Shown here: piece after piece, positions 19,350 through 29,072 of the stretch
How positions within the stretch are numbered: the stretch's first letter is position 1
Layout of the letters: each line of letters starts with the position of its first letter
DNA from: Halobacteriaceae archaeon
Lineage (GTDB): Archaea; Halobacteriota; Halobacteria; Halobacteriales; Halobacteriaceae
Assembly (NCBI GenBank): GCA_042216675.1
Contig: JBDGTS010000007.1
Coordinates: 32,001-96,000, forward strand
Length of the DNA stretch: 64,000 bases
Reading direction: 5' to 3'
Made by a program: the position numbers and the translations under genes
Notes under the pieces: model-generated
Told to the model about the DNA's origin: nothing
Databases searched by the model: none
What the model saw: the letters and a program-made list of their open reading frames with translations, nothing else

Positions 19350-20069
19350 ATGTCGCTGACGGTCACCGTCTGGAACGAGAACGTCCACGAACAGGAGGAC
19401 CCCGAGGTGGCGGAGCGCTACCCCGACGGCATCCACGGGGCCATCGCCGACTTCCTCGACGACGCGGGCCACGACGCGCGCACCGCGACGCTACAGGAAC
19501 CGGAGCACGGTCTCGACGAGGGGACCATCGCGGAGACGGACGTGCTGGTCTGGTGGTCCCACGCCGCCAACGACGAGGTGACAGACGAGGTGGCCGACCG
19601 TGTCGTGGACGCCGTCCTCGACGGGATGGGCTTCATCCCCCTTCACTCCGGGAAGAACTCGAAGCCGTTCAAGCGCCTGATGGGGACCTCCTGTGCCATC
19701 AAGTACCGCCACGGCGGCGAGACGGAGCGAATCTGGGTCGTGGACCCCAGTCATCCCATCGCCGACGGCCTCGACGACCACTTCGAGATTCCCGAGACGG
19801 AGATGTACGGGGAGCCGTACATGGTGCCCGAACCGGACCGCCTCGTCTTCACCTCGTGGTTCGAGGGCGGCGAGGTGTTCCGCTCCGGCTGTTGCTACCA
19901 CCGCGGTCGCGGGAACATCTTCGCGTTCCGGCCCGGACACGAGGAGTACCCAATCTTCTATCAGGACGAGGTCCAGACGGTCGTCGAGAACGCCGTGGAG
20001 TGGGCCGCGCCGAACGAGGGCGCGAGCGCCACCCACGGCCACAGCGAACCGCTGGAGGACTTCGAGTAA
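19350..20069 (+). CDS. ThuA-like domain protein
   Basis: VTVWNENVHE, YPDGIHG, ATLQEPEHGL, LHSG, EMYGE, SWFEGGEVFRSGC, FRPGHEEYP. Confidence 0.88.
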   Translation: MSLTVTVWNENVHEQEDPEVAERYPDGIHGAIADFLDDAGHDARTATLQEPEHGLDEGTIAETDVLVWWSHAANDEVTDEVADRVVDAVLDGMGFIPLHSGKNSKPFKRLMGTSCAIKYRHGGETERIWVVDPSHPIADGLDDHFEIPETEMYGEPYMVPEPDRLVFTSWFEGGEVFRSGCCYHRGRGNIFAFRPGHEEYPIFYQDEVQTVVENAVEWAAPNEGASATHGHSEPLEDFE

Positions 20070-21497
20070 CTACTCGGAGACGGCCGTCTCGGCGCGCCCC
20101 AGACGGTTTCCGGTGAGTTCCACGTCGACGCAGTCGTCCAGTTCGAGGAAGGTTCCGGTCCCCTCCGCGGCGGCGCAGGCGTGGACGAGCGCGCCGTCCA
20201 CGTCCGCGAAGCGACAGACTGGCTCCCCGGCGGCGGGGTCGGGCGAGCGCAGGCGGTCCACGTCGAGGTCGGTCACCGACCGCGCGGCGACGGCGGGCGT
20301 CTCTTCGGCACTCGCGGTCACGTCGTGGAGGAACACGCCCTCGGCGTTGCTCACGTCGAAGCCACGGCGCGCGCCCTCGACGCGGACGTTCGAGAGGGTG
20401 AAGTCCTGCACGGGCATCTCCGGTAGGCCCTCCACGAGAGCGGCCGTGTCGGCACCGGCGACGGTGACGTTCTCGTAGTGGACGCCCCGGACCGTCGGCG
20501 TCCCCTCGGTGACGGGGTCGGGGTCCGGGTCGCCCTTGCCGTCGTGGTAGTGCATCGAGACGGTGAACCCGGAGTATTCGATGTCGCGCATCACGATAGT
20601 GCTCGCGCGGATGTTCTCGATGACGCCGCCGCGCCCGCGTCTGGTCTTGATGCGCAGGCCGCGGTCGGTGCCGTCGAAGACGCAGTTCGAGACGACGACG
20701 TTGCGCACGTCGCCGGACATCTCGGACCCGATGGTGACGCCACCGTGCCCGCGCCGCATCGTGCAGTTCGTCACGACGACGTTCTCGCAGGGTTCGCCCA
20801 CCTCGCGGCCGTCCTCGTCGAAGCCGGACTTGATAGTGATGCAGTCGTCGCCCACGTCGATGTGGCAGTTCGCGATGCGGACGTGCTGACAGGAGTCGGG
20901 GTTGATGCCGTCCGTGTTCACCGAGGACTCGGGGTTCTCGACGGTGACGCCCTCGACGGCGACGTTCTCGCAGTAGACGGGGTGGACCGTCCACGAGGGC
21001 GAATTGCGGATGGTGACGCCGCGCACGAGGACGTTCTCGCAGTCGTAGAGGTTGATGACCCGCGGTCGCGGATAGTCGAGTTCGCCGGGGTACGGTCGCC
21101 CGCGCCCGAGTTCGTGGTCCTGCTCGTCGCGGCGGTACGTCGCCCACCACACCTCGCCGCCGCCGTCGATGGTTCCGCGGCCGGTGATGGACACGTCCGT
21201 CAGGTCGTGGCCGGTGAACAGCGACGCGTACACCTCTCGCTCGACGCCCTCCCAGCGTCCGGCGACGCCGGGGTAGGACTCCACGTCTTCGAGGGCGCGA
21301 ACCAGCGCCCCGCTCTCGACGTGGACGCGCACGCCGGACCGGAGGAACAGGGGGCCGGTGAGATACTCGCCGGACGGGAACCGGACGACGCCGCCGCCCG
21401 CGTCGCCGCAGTCGTCGATGGCCGACTGGATTTCGTCAGTCGATTCGGTTCGGCCCTCGACGTCAGCGCCGTACTCCGTCACGTCAACTGTGACCAT
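20070..21497 (-). CDS. GH28 polygalacturonase/exo-polygalacturonase
   Basis: All four GH28 motifs are present: NTD, GDD, GHG, RIK. No signal peptide. Confidence 0.92.
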   Translation of the reverse strand: MVTVDVTEYGADVEGRTESTDEIQSAIDDCGDAGGGVVRFPSGEYLTGPLFLRSGVRVHVESGALVRALEDVESYPGVAGRWEGVEREVYASLFTGHDLTDVSITGRGTIDGGGEVWWATYRRDEQDHELGRGRPYPGELDYPRPRVINLYDCENVLVRGVTIRNSPSWTVHPVYCENVAVEGVTVENPESSVNTDGINPDSCQHVRIANCHIDVGDDCITIKSGFDEDGREVGEPCENVVVTNCTMRRGHGGVTIGSEMSGDVRNVVVSNCVFDGTDRGLRIKTRRGRGGVIENIRASTIVMRDIEYSGFTVSMHYHDGKGDPDPDPVTEGTPTVRGVHYENVTVAGADTAALVEGLPEMPVQDFTLSNVRVEGARRGFDVSNAEGVFLHDVTASAEETPAVAARSVTDLDVDRLRSPDPAAGEPVCRFADVDGALVHACAAAEGTGTFLELDDCVDVELTGNRLGRAETAVSE

Positions 21498-21533
21498 GCC
21501 TCGCCGTTTCGCCGCCCCCACAAAAACGTCCCG

Positions 21534-22778
21534 CTACTCGTAGTGGAACTCCGTCCACGGCCCCTCCTCGAAGGGGTACTCCGCCACGACGTCGAGGTTC
21601 ACCTCGAAGCCCAGTCCCGGGTCGTCGGGCACGGCGAGGCGCCCGTTCTCGACGGCCGGTTCATCCTCGATGAGGTCGAACGCCGCGTCGAAGGGGTACA
21701 TCCCGGGGTCGCCGTCGGCGGCGATGAGCGGGTCGTTCTCGAAGACGGGGTACTCCACGAGGTCGACGTCCGGCGCGGCGGCGACGAGGTGCGCGTTCGC
21801 CAGCAGACCGATCCACGTCCCGAAGTTGTGCGGCACGAACTCCACGTCCCGGCCGCGGCAGAACTCGACGGCCGGCACGCATCCGGTGAAGCCCCGGTGG
21901 TGGCGCACGTCGCCCTGCAGGAAGTCCACGGCGCCCGTGCGCCCGAGTTCGAGGAGGCCCTCGGGCGTCTCCTCGCTCTCGCCGCCGGCGAGGGGGGCGT
22001 CAGTCGTCTCCGCCAGCCACTCGTAGCCCTCGTAGTCGTCTGGCGCGACTGGCTCCTCGACCCAGTAGGCGCCCTGTTCGGCGGCGTACTGGACGATGGA
22101 CTGAATCTCCGCGTCGTCGTAGGCGTCCTCCAGTTTCCACCACGTGTGCGCGTCGAGCATCATCGCCGTCTCGTCGAGGGCCTCGGCCACGAGGTCGATG
22201 GTCCGCTTGTCGGCGTCGGGGCCGATGCCGGGCCGGTACTTGTAGCCGAAGAAGCCCTCTTCCTCGACGATGGCCGCTTGCTCGGCGAAGCCCTCGGGGT
22301 CCATGTACATCCCAGCGCTGGCGTAGAGGGGGAGGTCCGTCGTGGCCTCGGGCGCGTCGTCGAACTCCTCGCGGAGCAGTTCGTAGACCGGCACCCCCTC
22401 CTCCTTCCCGCGGATGTCGTAGAGGGCCACGTCCACGGCCGAGATCGCCTTCGTGGTCAGGTCGGCGGGGAGCGACGACGCCTCCAGCAGGTCGTGGGCG
22501 TCGGTGATGGCATCGATGTCCTCGCCTTCGAGGGCGTCGGCGACGGTGCTGTTCAGCACGTCCGCGAAAGTGCCCTGTGACTTGTCCTCGAAGAACTCCT
22601 TCATCGACGAACTCGACGCGCCGGCCGTCGCCGCGCCCCGGAGACCGGTGGCCGTCTCGACGACCACGAGGACCACGTCTCGCTTCAGCAGGCGACGGTA
22701 CCCCCCGTGGAACTCCCGTTTCTGCGTCGGGTCGATGGGCGACGACAGCGCGTACCCGGTGACGTCTGTGACGTGCAT
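21534..22778 (-). CDS. Mandelate racemase/enolase superfamily enzyme (acid-sugar dehydratase candidate)
   Basis: DVALYDIRGK, LYASAG, KYR, LDAH, WVEEP, GGES, PHNF. Confidence 0.85.
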   Translation of the reverse strand: MHVTDVTGYALSSPIDPTQKREFHGGYRRLLKRDVVLVVVETATGLRGAATAGASSSSMKEFFEDKSQGTFADVLNSTVADALEGEDIDAITDAHDLLEASSLPADLTTKAISAVDVALYDIRGKEEGVPVYELLREEFDDAPEATTDLPLYASAGMYMDPEGFAEQAAIVEEEGFFGYKYRPGIGPDADKRTIDLVAEALDETAMMLDAHTWWKLEDAYDDAEIQSIVQYAAEQGAYWVEEPVAPDDYEGYEWLAETTDAPLAGGESEETPEGLLELGRTGAVDFLQGDVRHHRGFTGCVPAVEFCRGRDVEFVPHNFGTWIGLLANAHLVAAAPDVDLVEYPVFENDPLIAADGDPGMYPFDAAFDLIEDEPAVENGRLAVPDDPGLGFEVNLDVVAEYPFEEGPWTEFHYE

Positions 22779-22861
22779 GCGGGGGAGTGACGAGCGACGT
22801 GGCTAAAGGCTCCCGGTTCGGCCCCCGCAACTTTACTACCCCGCCGGGGGAACGGGGGGCC

Positions 22862-25800
22862 GTGTCAGCGACACCCCCTGCCCCGACCGGCCTCCGCGTC
22901 GACGGCCGCACCGACGACCCGACGATACCCGCGACGCCCCACTTTGGATGGCGCGTCGACGACCCCGATTGGGGCGACGAGCAGACGGCGTACCGCGTCC
23001 GCGTCGCTCGCTCCCCGGACGGCCCCCTCGTGTGGGACAGCGGCCGCGTCGAGAGCGCCGACTCGACTGACGTGTCCTACGACGGCCCCGCACTCGATTC
23101 CGACGCGCGCTACTGGTGGACCGTGCGCGTCTGGAACGACGACGGCGAGCGCTCGGCGCGGAGCGACCCCGCCAGTTTCCGCACCGCGCCCGAGACGCCG
23201 TGGGCCGGCGACTGGATCGGACCCGACGGCGACACCAACGGCTTCCGGACGCGCTTCGAGGACCCCGACGACGCGCCGTGGGTCGCCGTCGACGTGGGCG
23301 AGCAGACCCCGATCTCGGAGATTGCGCTCCACCCGACCGAGCCGTTCGGCGGCCCGGAGACGCCCGACGGCAAGACGCTGACCGCCCAAGACACCGAGGA
23401 GACGTACCGCGACACCACCGTCGCACAGGGTCCCGTCGCGTTCGGTTTTCCGGATACCTACCGGGTCGAGGTGGCCGACGACGCCGACTTTGCGGACGCG
23501 GAGACCGTCGTCGAGGCCGACGGGGCAGACGTGCGCCGGGACCCCGCCGAACACGAGGTGGAGGCCGTGGGGCGCTACGTCCGCGTCGTCGCCACCGACC
23601 CCGACGTGGTGGGCGGGGACGACGACAGACTCCGCGAGGAGCGCCGCGACTGGAGCGTCCTCGCCCTCGCGGCTCTCGAAGTCAGAGACGGGTCGGGGGC
23701 GGACGCGGCCCGGGGCCGGCCGGTCACCCCGTCCTCCAGCGTCGAGAGCGAGGCGTGGGGTGCCACTCACCTGACGAACGGCGTCACGGAGTCCCGCTTC
23801 GGCGAGGGGTCCCCGCGCCTCCGCCGCGAGGTCACGCTCTCGAAGCGGGTGGCGAGCGCGCACGTCCACGTCGCCGCTCTCGGCTACGGCGAACTGTACC
23901 TGAACGGCGAGAAGGTGGGTGATTCGGTCCTCGACCCCGGCTGGACCGACTACACCGAGCGCGTCCTGTACCGGACTTACGACGTGACCGACCACCTTTC
24001 GGCGGGCGAGAACGCGCTGGGCCTCTGGCTCGGCCGCGGCTGGTTCGCGAAGCCGGTGCGCCAGTGGCCCGCCGTCGGCGCGCCGCGGGCGACGCTCCGC
24101 CTCACCGTCGAGTACGCGGACGGGACGACGCGCACCGTCACCACCGGCCCCGACTGGCGCCTCGGGCCGAGTCCCGTCACCGAGAACGACATCTACGACG
24201 GCGAGTCGTACGACGCGCGCCGCGAGGAACCCGGCTGGGCGACTCCCGGCTTCGACGACGGCCACTGGGAGAGTACCCCCGTCGTCACGGCGCCCGACGG
24301 CGAACTGTACCCCCAGCAGACGCCCCCGATTCGCGTGACCGAACGGCGCGAGCCAGTCGAGGTGACGGCCCGCGACGGCGGCCACGTCGTCGACTTCGGC
24401 CAGAACCTCACCGGCTGGGTCGAACTCACCGTCCGCGGCGCCGACGCCGGGGACGAACTCACCGTCAGCCACGCCGAGGCGCTGAACGACGACGGCTCCC
24501 TGCAGACGGTGGACCTCCGCACCGCCGAGGCGACGGACACCTACGTCGCGCGCGGCGACGATGCCGAGACGTACGCGCCGCGGTTCACGTACCACGGCTT
24601 CCGCTACGCTCGAATCGAGGGCTATCCCGGGGACCTCGACCCCGCGGACGTGACGGCCGAAGTCGTCCACACGGACTTCGACGACACCGGCCGCTTCGCC
24701 TGCGCGGACGCGGACCTGAACGCCGTGCAGGAAAACGCCCGGTGGGGCCTGCGCTCGAACGCCCACTCGGTGCCGACGGACTGCCCCCAACGCGACGAGC
24801 GACAGGGCTTCACCGGCGACGGGCACCTCGCGGGGGGCGCCCTGCACTACAACTTCGGCGCCGGGCGCTTCCACGAGAAGTTCGCCCGGGACCACGCCGA
24901 CGCGCAGTCCGCCCACGGCTACGTCCCCTCGAAGATGCCCCACGGCAGTCAGCCGGCGATGACCGACCCGACGTGGACGTACTCGCTTTTGGACGTGCCG
25001 TGGCGCACGTACTGCCACGACGCCGACGCGCGGTCGCTCCGCGCGCTCTATCCCCGGTTCGCCCGCTACGTCGCCTACTACCGCGACGTGGGCGACCCGC
25101 TGCTTCCGGAGCGGTTCAGCAGTTACGGCGACTGGGTGGCGCTCGAAAACGCCGACGGGCGCGTGGGGAAGCCCGTAGACCTGTTCACCAACGCCTACCA
25201 CTACCGCGCCCTCGACGTGGCGGCGCGCGTCGCCGACGCCCTCGGCACCGACGACGCGGAGCGCTACCGGGCGGCGGCCGAGGAGGTGGCCGCGGCGTTC
25301 GTCGAGCGCTACTTCGACGCCGACGCCGGGAGTTTCGGCGACACGCAGGCCGCGAACGCCGTGCCCCTCGCACTCGGCCTCGTGCCGGAGGACCGCGAGG
25401 CCGACGTGGCCGAGGCGCTGGTCGCTCGGGTCCGCGCGGCCGACGGCCACCTCCAGACCGGGTTCCTCGGCACGCCGGCGCTCCTCCGCGCCCTCACCGA
25501 GTCCGGGCACGCAGACGTGGCCTACGAGGTGGCCAGCACGCCCGAGAAGCCCGGCTGGGTGTATCAGGTCCGGCAGGGCGCGACGACGGTGTGGGAGCGC
25601 TGGGACACCGACGAGCGGGTGGGGTCGCGGATGAACTCCCGGAACCACTCGCCGTTCGCCCTCGTCTCCGAGTGGTTCTACGAGGGCGTCGCGGGCCTCG
25701 AATGCTCGTCGGCGCTCCCCCGCGAGCGACGGGTGGACGTGCGCCCGGGCCGCATCTCCGCCCTCGACTGGGCCGAGGCGGCCGTCGAGACGCCCCACGG

Positions 25801-26023
25801 CGAGGTGGCGACCCGCTGGGAGCGAGACGGCGACGCCCTCGACGTGTCGGTGACGGTGCCGTGGAATCTCACCGCCGCGGTCCACCTCCCCGACGACGCG
25901 GTAACGGTGAACGGCGACGCGCCGAGCGACGCTTCGGCGGTCCATGAGGTGACCGAGGGCGGGGCGACGCTCCACCTCGGGCCGGGCGAGCACGCGATAC
26001 GGGCGGGAACCGACACCCAATAG
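22862..26023 (+). CDS. GH78 alpha-L-rhamnosidase
   Basis: VWDSGRV, LDPGWTDY, DFGQNLTGW, PRFTYHGFRY, PTDCPQRDERQG, GFLGT, GATTVWERW, MNSRNH. Confidence 0.92.
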   Translation: MSATPPAPTGLRVDGRTDDPTIPATPHFGWRVDDPDWGDEQTAYRVRVARSPDGPLVWDSGRVESADSTDVSYDGPALDSDARYWWTVRVWNDDGERSARSDPASFRTAPETPWAGDWIGPDGDTNGFRTRFEDPDDAPWVAVDVGEQTPISEIALHPTEPFGGPETPDGKTLTAQDTEETYRDTTVAQGPVAFGFPDTYRVEVADDADFADAETVVEADGADVRRDPAEHEVEAVGRYVRVVATDPDVVGGDDDRLREERRDWSVLALAALEVRDGSGADAARGRPVTPSSSVESEAWGATHLTNGVTESRFGEGSPRLRREVTLSKRVASAHVHVAALGYGELYLNGEKVGDSVLDPGWTDYTERVLYRTYDVTDHLSAGENALGLWLGRGWFAKPVRQWPAVGAPRATLRLTVEYADGTTRTVTTGPDWRLGPSPVTENDIYDGESYDARREEPGWATPGFDDGHWESTPVVTAPDGELYPQQTPPIRVTERREPVEVTARDGGHVVDFGQNLTGWVELTVRGADAGDELTVSHAEALNDDGSLQTVDLRTAEATDTYVARGDDAETYAPRFTYHGFRYARIEGYPGDLDPADVTAEVVHTDFDDTGRFACADADLNAVQENARWGLRSNAHSVPTDCPQRDERQGFTGDGHLAGGALHYNFGAGRFHEKFARDHADAQSAHGYVPSKMPHGSQPAMTDPTWTYSLLDVPWRTYCHDADARSLRALYPRFARYVAYYRDVGDPLLPERFSSYGDWVALENADGRVGKPVDLFTNAYHYRALDVAARVADALGTDDAERYRAAAEEVAAAFVERYFDADAGSFGDTQAANAVPLALGLVPEDREADVAEALVARVRAADGHLQTGFLGTPALLRALTESGHADVAYEVASTPEKPGWVYQVRQGATTVWERWDTDERVGSRMNSRNHSPFALVSEWFYEGVAGLECSSALPRERRVDVRPGRISALDWAEAAVETPHGEVATRWERDGDALDVSVTVPWNLTAAVHLPDDAVTVNGDAPSDASAVHEVTEGGATLHLGPGEHAIRAGTDTQ

Positions 26024-26047
26024 GCCCTGCGAGCCGACGGCTGGGGC

Positions 26048-26359
26048 ATGCCCGATGACCACCCGCTCACCGCCGTCTCGCGCGCCGTGGCCGTCCTCGG
26101 CGCGACGTATCTCACCGTCGGGTCGTTGTCGCTCGCGCGGGACCCCGGCGCGACGACGGCGCGCTACGCCCTCCTCTTGCTCATCGTCGCCCTCGCGTGG
26201 GGCGGCGTCGCGGGCGTCGTCCGCGAGGAGCGGCCGCTCTGGGCCACGTCGCTCGTCGGCTTGACGGTGCTGGCGCTGTTCAACGACATTCTCACGCAGT
26301 TCCTGTTCCCCGCGCTCGGAGCGCTGGCGCTCGGGGTGGCGCTCACCGAGGCGCGCTGA
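26048..26359 (+). CDS. Small membrane protein (3-4 TM segments)
   Basis: Hydrophobic 103-aa ORF filling the gap between GH78 and GH2. Confidence 0.6.
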   Translation: MPDDHPLTAVSRAVAVLGATYLTVGSLSLARDPGATTARYALLLLIVALAWGGVAGVVREERPLWATSLVGLTVLALFNDILTQFLFPALGALALGVALTEAR

Positions 26360-29032
26360 CTACCGCGTGAGCAGTTTGTCGCGGAGCGGTCCCGACAGCA
26401 CCGCGTCGGGGTCGAAGTCGTCGGAGGCCGCGTAGGACAGAAGCGACCGGCGGAGTTGGTCCGCCGCCGGGTCGTCCACCTCGGGCAGTGGGGCCGCACA
26501 GACCAACAGGCCGCCGTCGCCGGCACTCGTCTCGAACACGAAGCCGAGTTTCTGGTTCCGCTCGATGTTGTCCACCGCGCCGACTACCGGTTCGTGGTCG
26601 GCGGGCGCGTCGTCAAGGACCACCGGGCGCCCGTTCTCGACGATTCGGTACCACTGCCAGTCGGTTCGCCCGGGCGTCGGGAAGTCGGCCAGCGCCGGGT
26701 GGTCCGGGTCACAGTAGAGCCCCAGCGTCCCGGGGGGTGCCTGTCGCTTGAACAGCGTGTACGACCAGAAGTCGGGTTGGAATGACCCCGGCACCGAGTG
26801 GCGGAGGTCGTCGCCGTCGGGGAACAGCACCACCGTCTCACCGTCGGCCAGCAGTTCGCGCGTCTCCTCGTCGTAGGATTCGCTGACCGTGACGCCGTCG
26901 GGCACCGTCACCGGGTCGGTGGGGTAGGCCCACACGTCGTAGCGGTTCGACGCGTCCGCCGCGGGCACGGCGACGGACAAGTCGAGGGCCGCGGGCGCGT
27001 CGACGCCGGGGAGGTCGGCTTCGACGGTGCCCAGTTCGGCCAGCGACCCCTGTGCCACGTCGCCGGCGTCGAGAGTGCCCGACGCCACTTCGCCGTCCGG
27101 GCCGGTCAGGCGCCACTCCGCGGTCACGTCCGTCAGGTCGGCGGCGCCGTAGTGCGCGAGGTCGATGTCGGCCGTCAGCGTCTCCTCGGCGGTCCAGACC
27201 CGGGTTTCGAGACGCGCCAGCGGCACCGTCGGCGCACAGTAGTCGCGCCAGCGGGCCGGGTCCACGAGACCCTTGGACTGCATGTGCGCGTCGAGGATGC
27301 CGACGAGCGCCGTCCCCTGTCCGGGGAAGTCCTGCAGGTCGAGCAACTGGAAGCCGCCCAGTTCGGGCGTTCGGAGCGCCGCCTCCACCTCCGCGCGGTA
27401 GCAGTCGACGGCGAGTCCGCCCGACGCCCGCTGGAACCGCTCGTCCCGGCCGGCCATCCCGTGGGCTTCGAGGTGGTCGCGGGCGACGGCGAGGTTCTCC
27501 GGCCGGAACAGCGGGCCGTAGTCGCGAATCTCGTCGTAGTCGGGGTACACCTGAAACTGCCCGATTTCGTGGGTCACGACGGGCAGGTCGACCGATTCGA
27601 GGACGTCGCGGTAGTCGTCGGCGGTGTCGGGCGTGCCCTCGGCCGTCTCGTCCTTGTAGGAGCCACGGACCGGCGTCTTGCCGTCCGCGCCGTCGAGGAG
27701 GTCCGGGCTGACCGAGGCCGTTATCCAGAAGTCCTCGTTGTCGCCGGGGTGTGGGTCCCCGAGGAAGTTGTACGCCCCGTGGGCGTACAGGCGGCGGGGG
27801 TCGTGGTCCCGACACCAGTCCACGAGGTCCGCCATCGCGTCTCGGGCGCCTTGCAGTTCGTTGCCGAGGGCGAACAGCGCGAACGAGGGGTGGTTGCCGT
27901 AGGCGTCGAGGATGGCCTCCGCCTCCGCGCGGAAGAACTCGTAGCGCTCCGAGTCCGCGAACGCGTCGGCGTTGTTCCAAATCGGCAGTTCCGGCTGGAG
28001 GTACATCCCGAGTTCGTCCGCCGCCTCGAAGGCGGCCTCGGGCGGGCACCACGAGTGAAAGCGGACGTGGTTGATGCCGTACTCGCGCATCGTCCCGAGA
28101 TGGTCGCGCCACGCGCTCTCGCCCATCGGCGCGTAGCCGGTGTTCGGGAAGACACAGCAGTCCACGGTGCCGCGCAGGAACGTCGTGCGGCCGTTGACGC
28201 GGAACTGCGTACCCTCGGTCTCGACGTCGCGCACGCCGAACGTCGCCGTCTCCGCGTCGGCGTAATCGCCGGCCGTCAGGTCGACGCGCACCTCGTGGCG
28301 CGTCTGCTCGAACTCGTCCCAGCGGCCGTCGCCGGCGTCGAGCGTCACCTCCACCGTCGTCTCGCCGGGGTCGGCGGCGACGGTGACTGTCGTCTCCGTC
28401 GCGTCGTGGGCCGCGCCGCGACTCGAGGCCGCGAGCGAGAGGTCTCCCGACACCGGGCCGTCGGTGTCGTTGGCGACTGTCACCGCCACGCGCGCCGTCC
28501 CGCGCGCGGCGTCGGGGTACACCTGCACGTCAGCGACGCGGACCGGGTCGGCGGCCCGGAGTTCGATGGCGCCCAGAATCCCGTTCCAGTTCGTCTGCGT
28601 CTCCTCGGTGACCATGTGCGACCGGGCGACGCCGCGCCAGTCGAACAGGGCCGCGCCGTTGTCGACGCGGACGGTCAGGGTGTTCTCGCCGGGCGCGAGG
28701 GCGTCGGTCAGGTCGAATCTCTGCGGCGCCGAGAGGCGGCGGCTCTCCCCGACCCGCTCGCCGTTCACCCAGACTGTCGTCACGCGACTCCGTTCGAGGA
28801 CCAGTTCGACGTGCTTCCTCGCCCACCGCTCGGGCACGGTGACCGTGCGCCGGTACCACGCCTCGCCCTCGAAGGGGTAGGTGCGCGTCAGGCGGTCCTG
28901 CTCGCGGGCCTCGTTTCTCTCGCCCACGCGGTTCTCGTCCGTCGTGCCCGGCAGGCAGACCGTCTCGTCGTAGCCGTCCTCGGGGGCCTGCGAGAACTGC
29001 CACCGGCCCGCGAGCGAACGCGTCTCTGTCAC
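26360..29032 (-). CDS. Glycoside hydrolase family 2
   Basis: LPGTTDEN, AWYRR, QTNWNGILG, FLRG..DCCVFP.TGY, NHVRFHSWCPP, GNHPSF..GNE, HEIGQ; GTG start at 29032. Confidence 0.88.
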   Translation of the reverse strand: MTETRSLAGRWQFSQAPEDGYDETVCLPGTTDENRVGERNEAREQDRLTRTYPFEGEAWYRRTVTVPERWARKHVELVLERSRVTTVWVNGERVGESRRLSAPQRFDLTDALAPGENTLTVRVDNGAALFDWRGVARSHMVTEETQTNWNGILGAIELRAADPVRVADVQVYPDAARGTARVAVTVANDTDGPVSGDLSLAASSRGAAHDATETTVTVAADPGETTVEVTLDAGDGRWDEFEQTRHEVRVDLTAGDYADAETATFGVRDVETEGTQFRVNGRTTFLRGTVDCCVFPNTGYAPMGESAWRDHLGTMREYGINHVRFHSWCPPEAAFEAADELGMYLQPELPIWNNADAFADSERYEFFRAEAEAILDAYGNHPSFALFALGNELQGARDAMADLVDWCRDHDPRRLYAHGAYNFLGDPHPGDNEDFWITASVSPDLLDGADGKTPVRGSYKDETAEGTPDTADDYRDVLESVDLPVVTHEIGQFQVYPDYDEIRDYGPLFRPENLAVARDHLEAHGMAGRDERFQRASGGLAVDCYRAEVEAALRTPELGGFQLLDLQDFPGQGTALVGILDAHMQSKGLVDPARWRDYCAPTVPLARLETRVWTAEETLTADIDLAHYGAADLTDVTAEWRLTGPDGEVASGTLDAGDVAQGSLAELGTVEADLPGVDAPAALDLSVAVPAADASNRYDVWAYPTDPVTVPDGVTVSESYDEETRELLADGETVVLFPDGDDLRHSVPGSFQPDFWSYTLFKRQAPPGTLGLYCDPDHPALADFPTPGRTDWQWYRIVENGRPVVLDDAPADHEPVVGAVDNIERNQKLGFVFETSAGDGGLLVCAAPLPEVDDPAADQLRRSLLSYAASDDFDPDAVLSGPLRDKLLTR

Positions 29033-29072
29033 GGCTATCTCGGGCGCGGCGGCGAGCAAAAGCGTTCCGGGG

